A DNA stretch of 64,000 bases from NCBI RefSeq assembly GCF_964355755.1, contig NC_092674.1:2480001-2544000 (forward strand). Reading direction: 5' to 3'. The first letter of the stretch is position 1, and every line of letters starts with the position of its first letter. The DNA comes from Antedon mediterranea. Taxonomy: Eukaryota; Animalia; Echinodermata. Positions 63,648 to 64,000 of the stretch are shown here, in pieces. The notes under the pieces were generated by a model. It ran no database searches. It saw only the letters and a list, made by a program, of their open reading frames with translations, and was not told where the DNA came from. Position numbers and translations under genes: made by a program.

Positions 63648-64000
63648 CTTTAAAACAAAAATACATGTTTATATTACTAAATGGTTAACCATAATTTACA
63701 AAACAAAATTGTATGATTGAAAGTGAATTTATGAGATTGCATCATGATCTCAGACGGAGAGATATTCGGGGAAATAGATAATCGGGAAAATGGAGATGGG
63801 TTCCAAGGCCGTAGCGAGAGGTTAAAAACAGATTAGGCAAAGATGCTTTAAATATAAATATTTATATAATAAAATATGACGATCTGAGCAGGGGAATTCC
63901 ATGAGTATATCTGGTACATTTCCAAACCAACATATACGTACCTCTGCATACGTTTGGTTCTGCTCTAGTTTGAATGACGGATCATTGCATTGATTCAGTT

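Overview
AT-rich, intron-containing eukaryotic DNA from an invertebrate animal; a marine deuterostome such as an echinoderm is plausible from the Deu/Nin-type SINEs but is not proven. No prokaryotic features. Spliced genes reconstructed by hand with consistent reading frames: the 3' part of ZC3H13 (+, 77-8750); two copies of a Golgi carbohydrate sulfotransferase (-, 9609-11552 and 16192-18103) inside a tandem duplication (unit A ~8239-14226, unit B ~14365-26716) that also copied the last ZC3H13 exon; a complete dyskerin DKC1 (+, 27189-40385); an NALF/FAM155 NALCN auxiliary factor (+, 42793-48710); and the 3' part of mannose-6-phosphate isomerase (-, 60500-63647). The rest is rich in mobile DNA: a young 5'-truncated LINE, an LTR-retrotransposon remnant, two HINE/DINE-1-like elements, nested MITEs, SINEs and several minisatellites. 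Best leads: minimal hammerhead ribozyme motifs, a hairpin element that inserted at the same position in successive minisatellite units and carries an internal inverted copy of its own end junction, inverted repeats bracketing the DKC1 catalytic exons, a duplicated ZC3H13 last exon with a MITE-derived tail, and mosaic divergence of the two sulfotransferases. All calls are by eye; no searches or folding programs were run.
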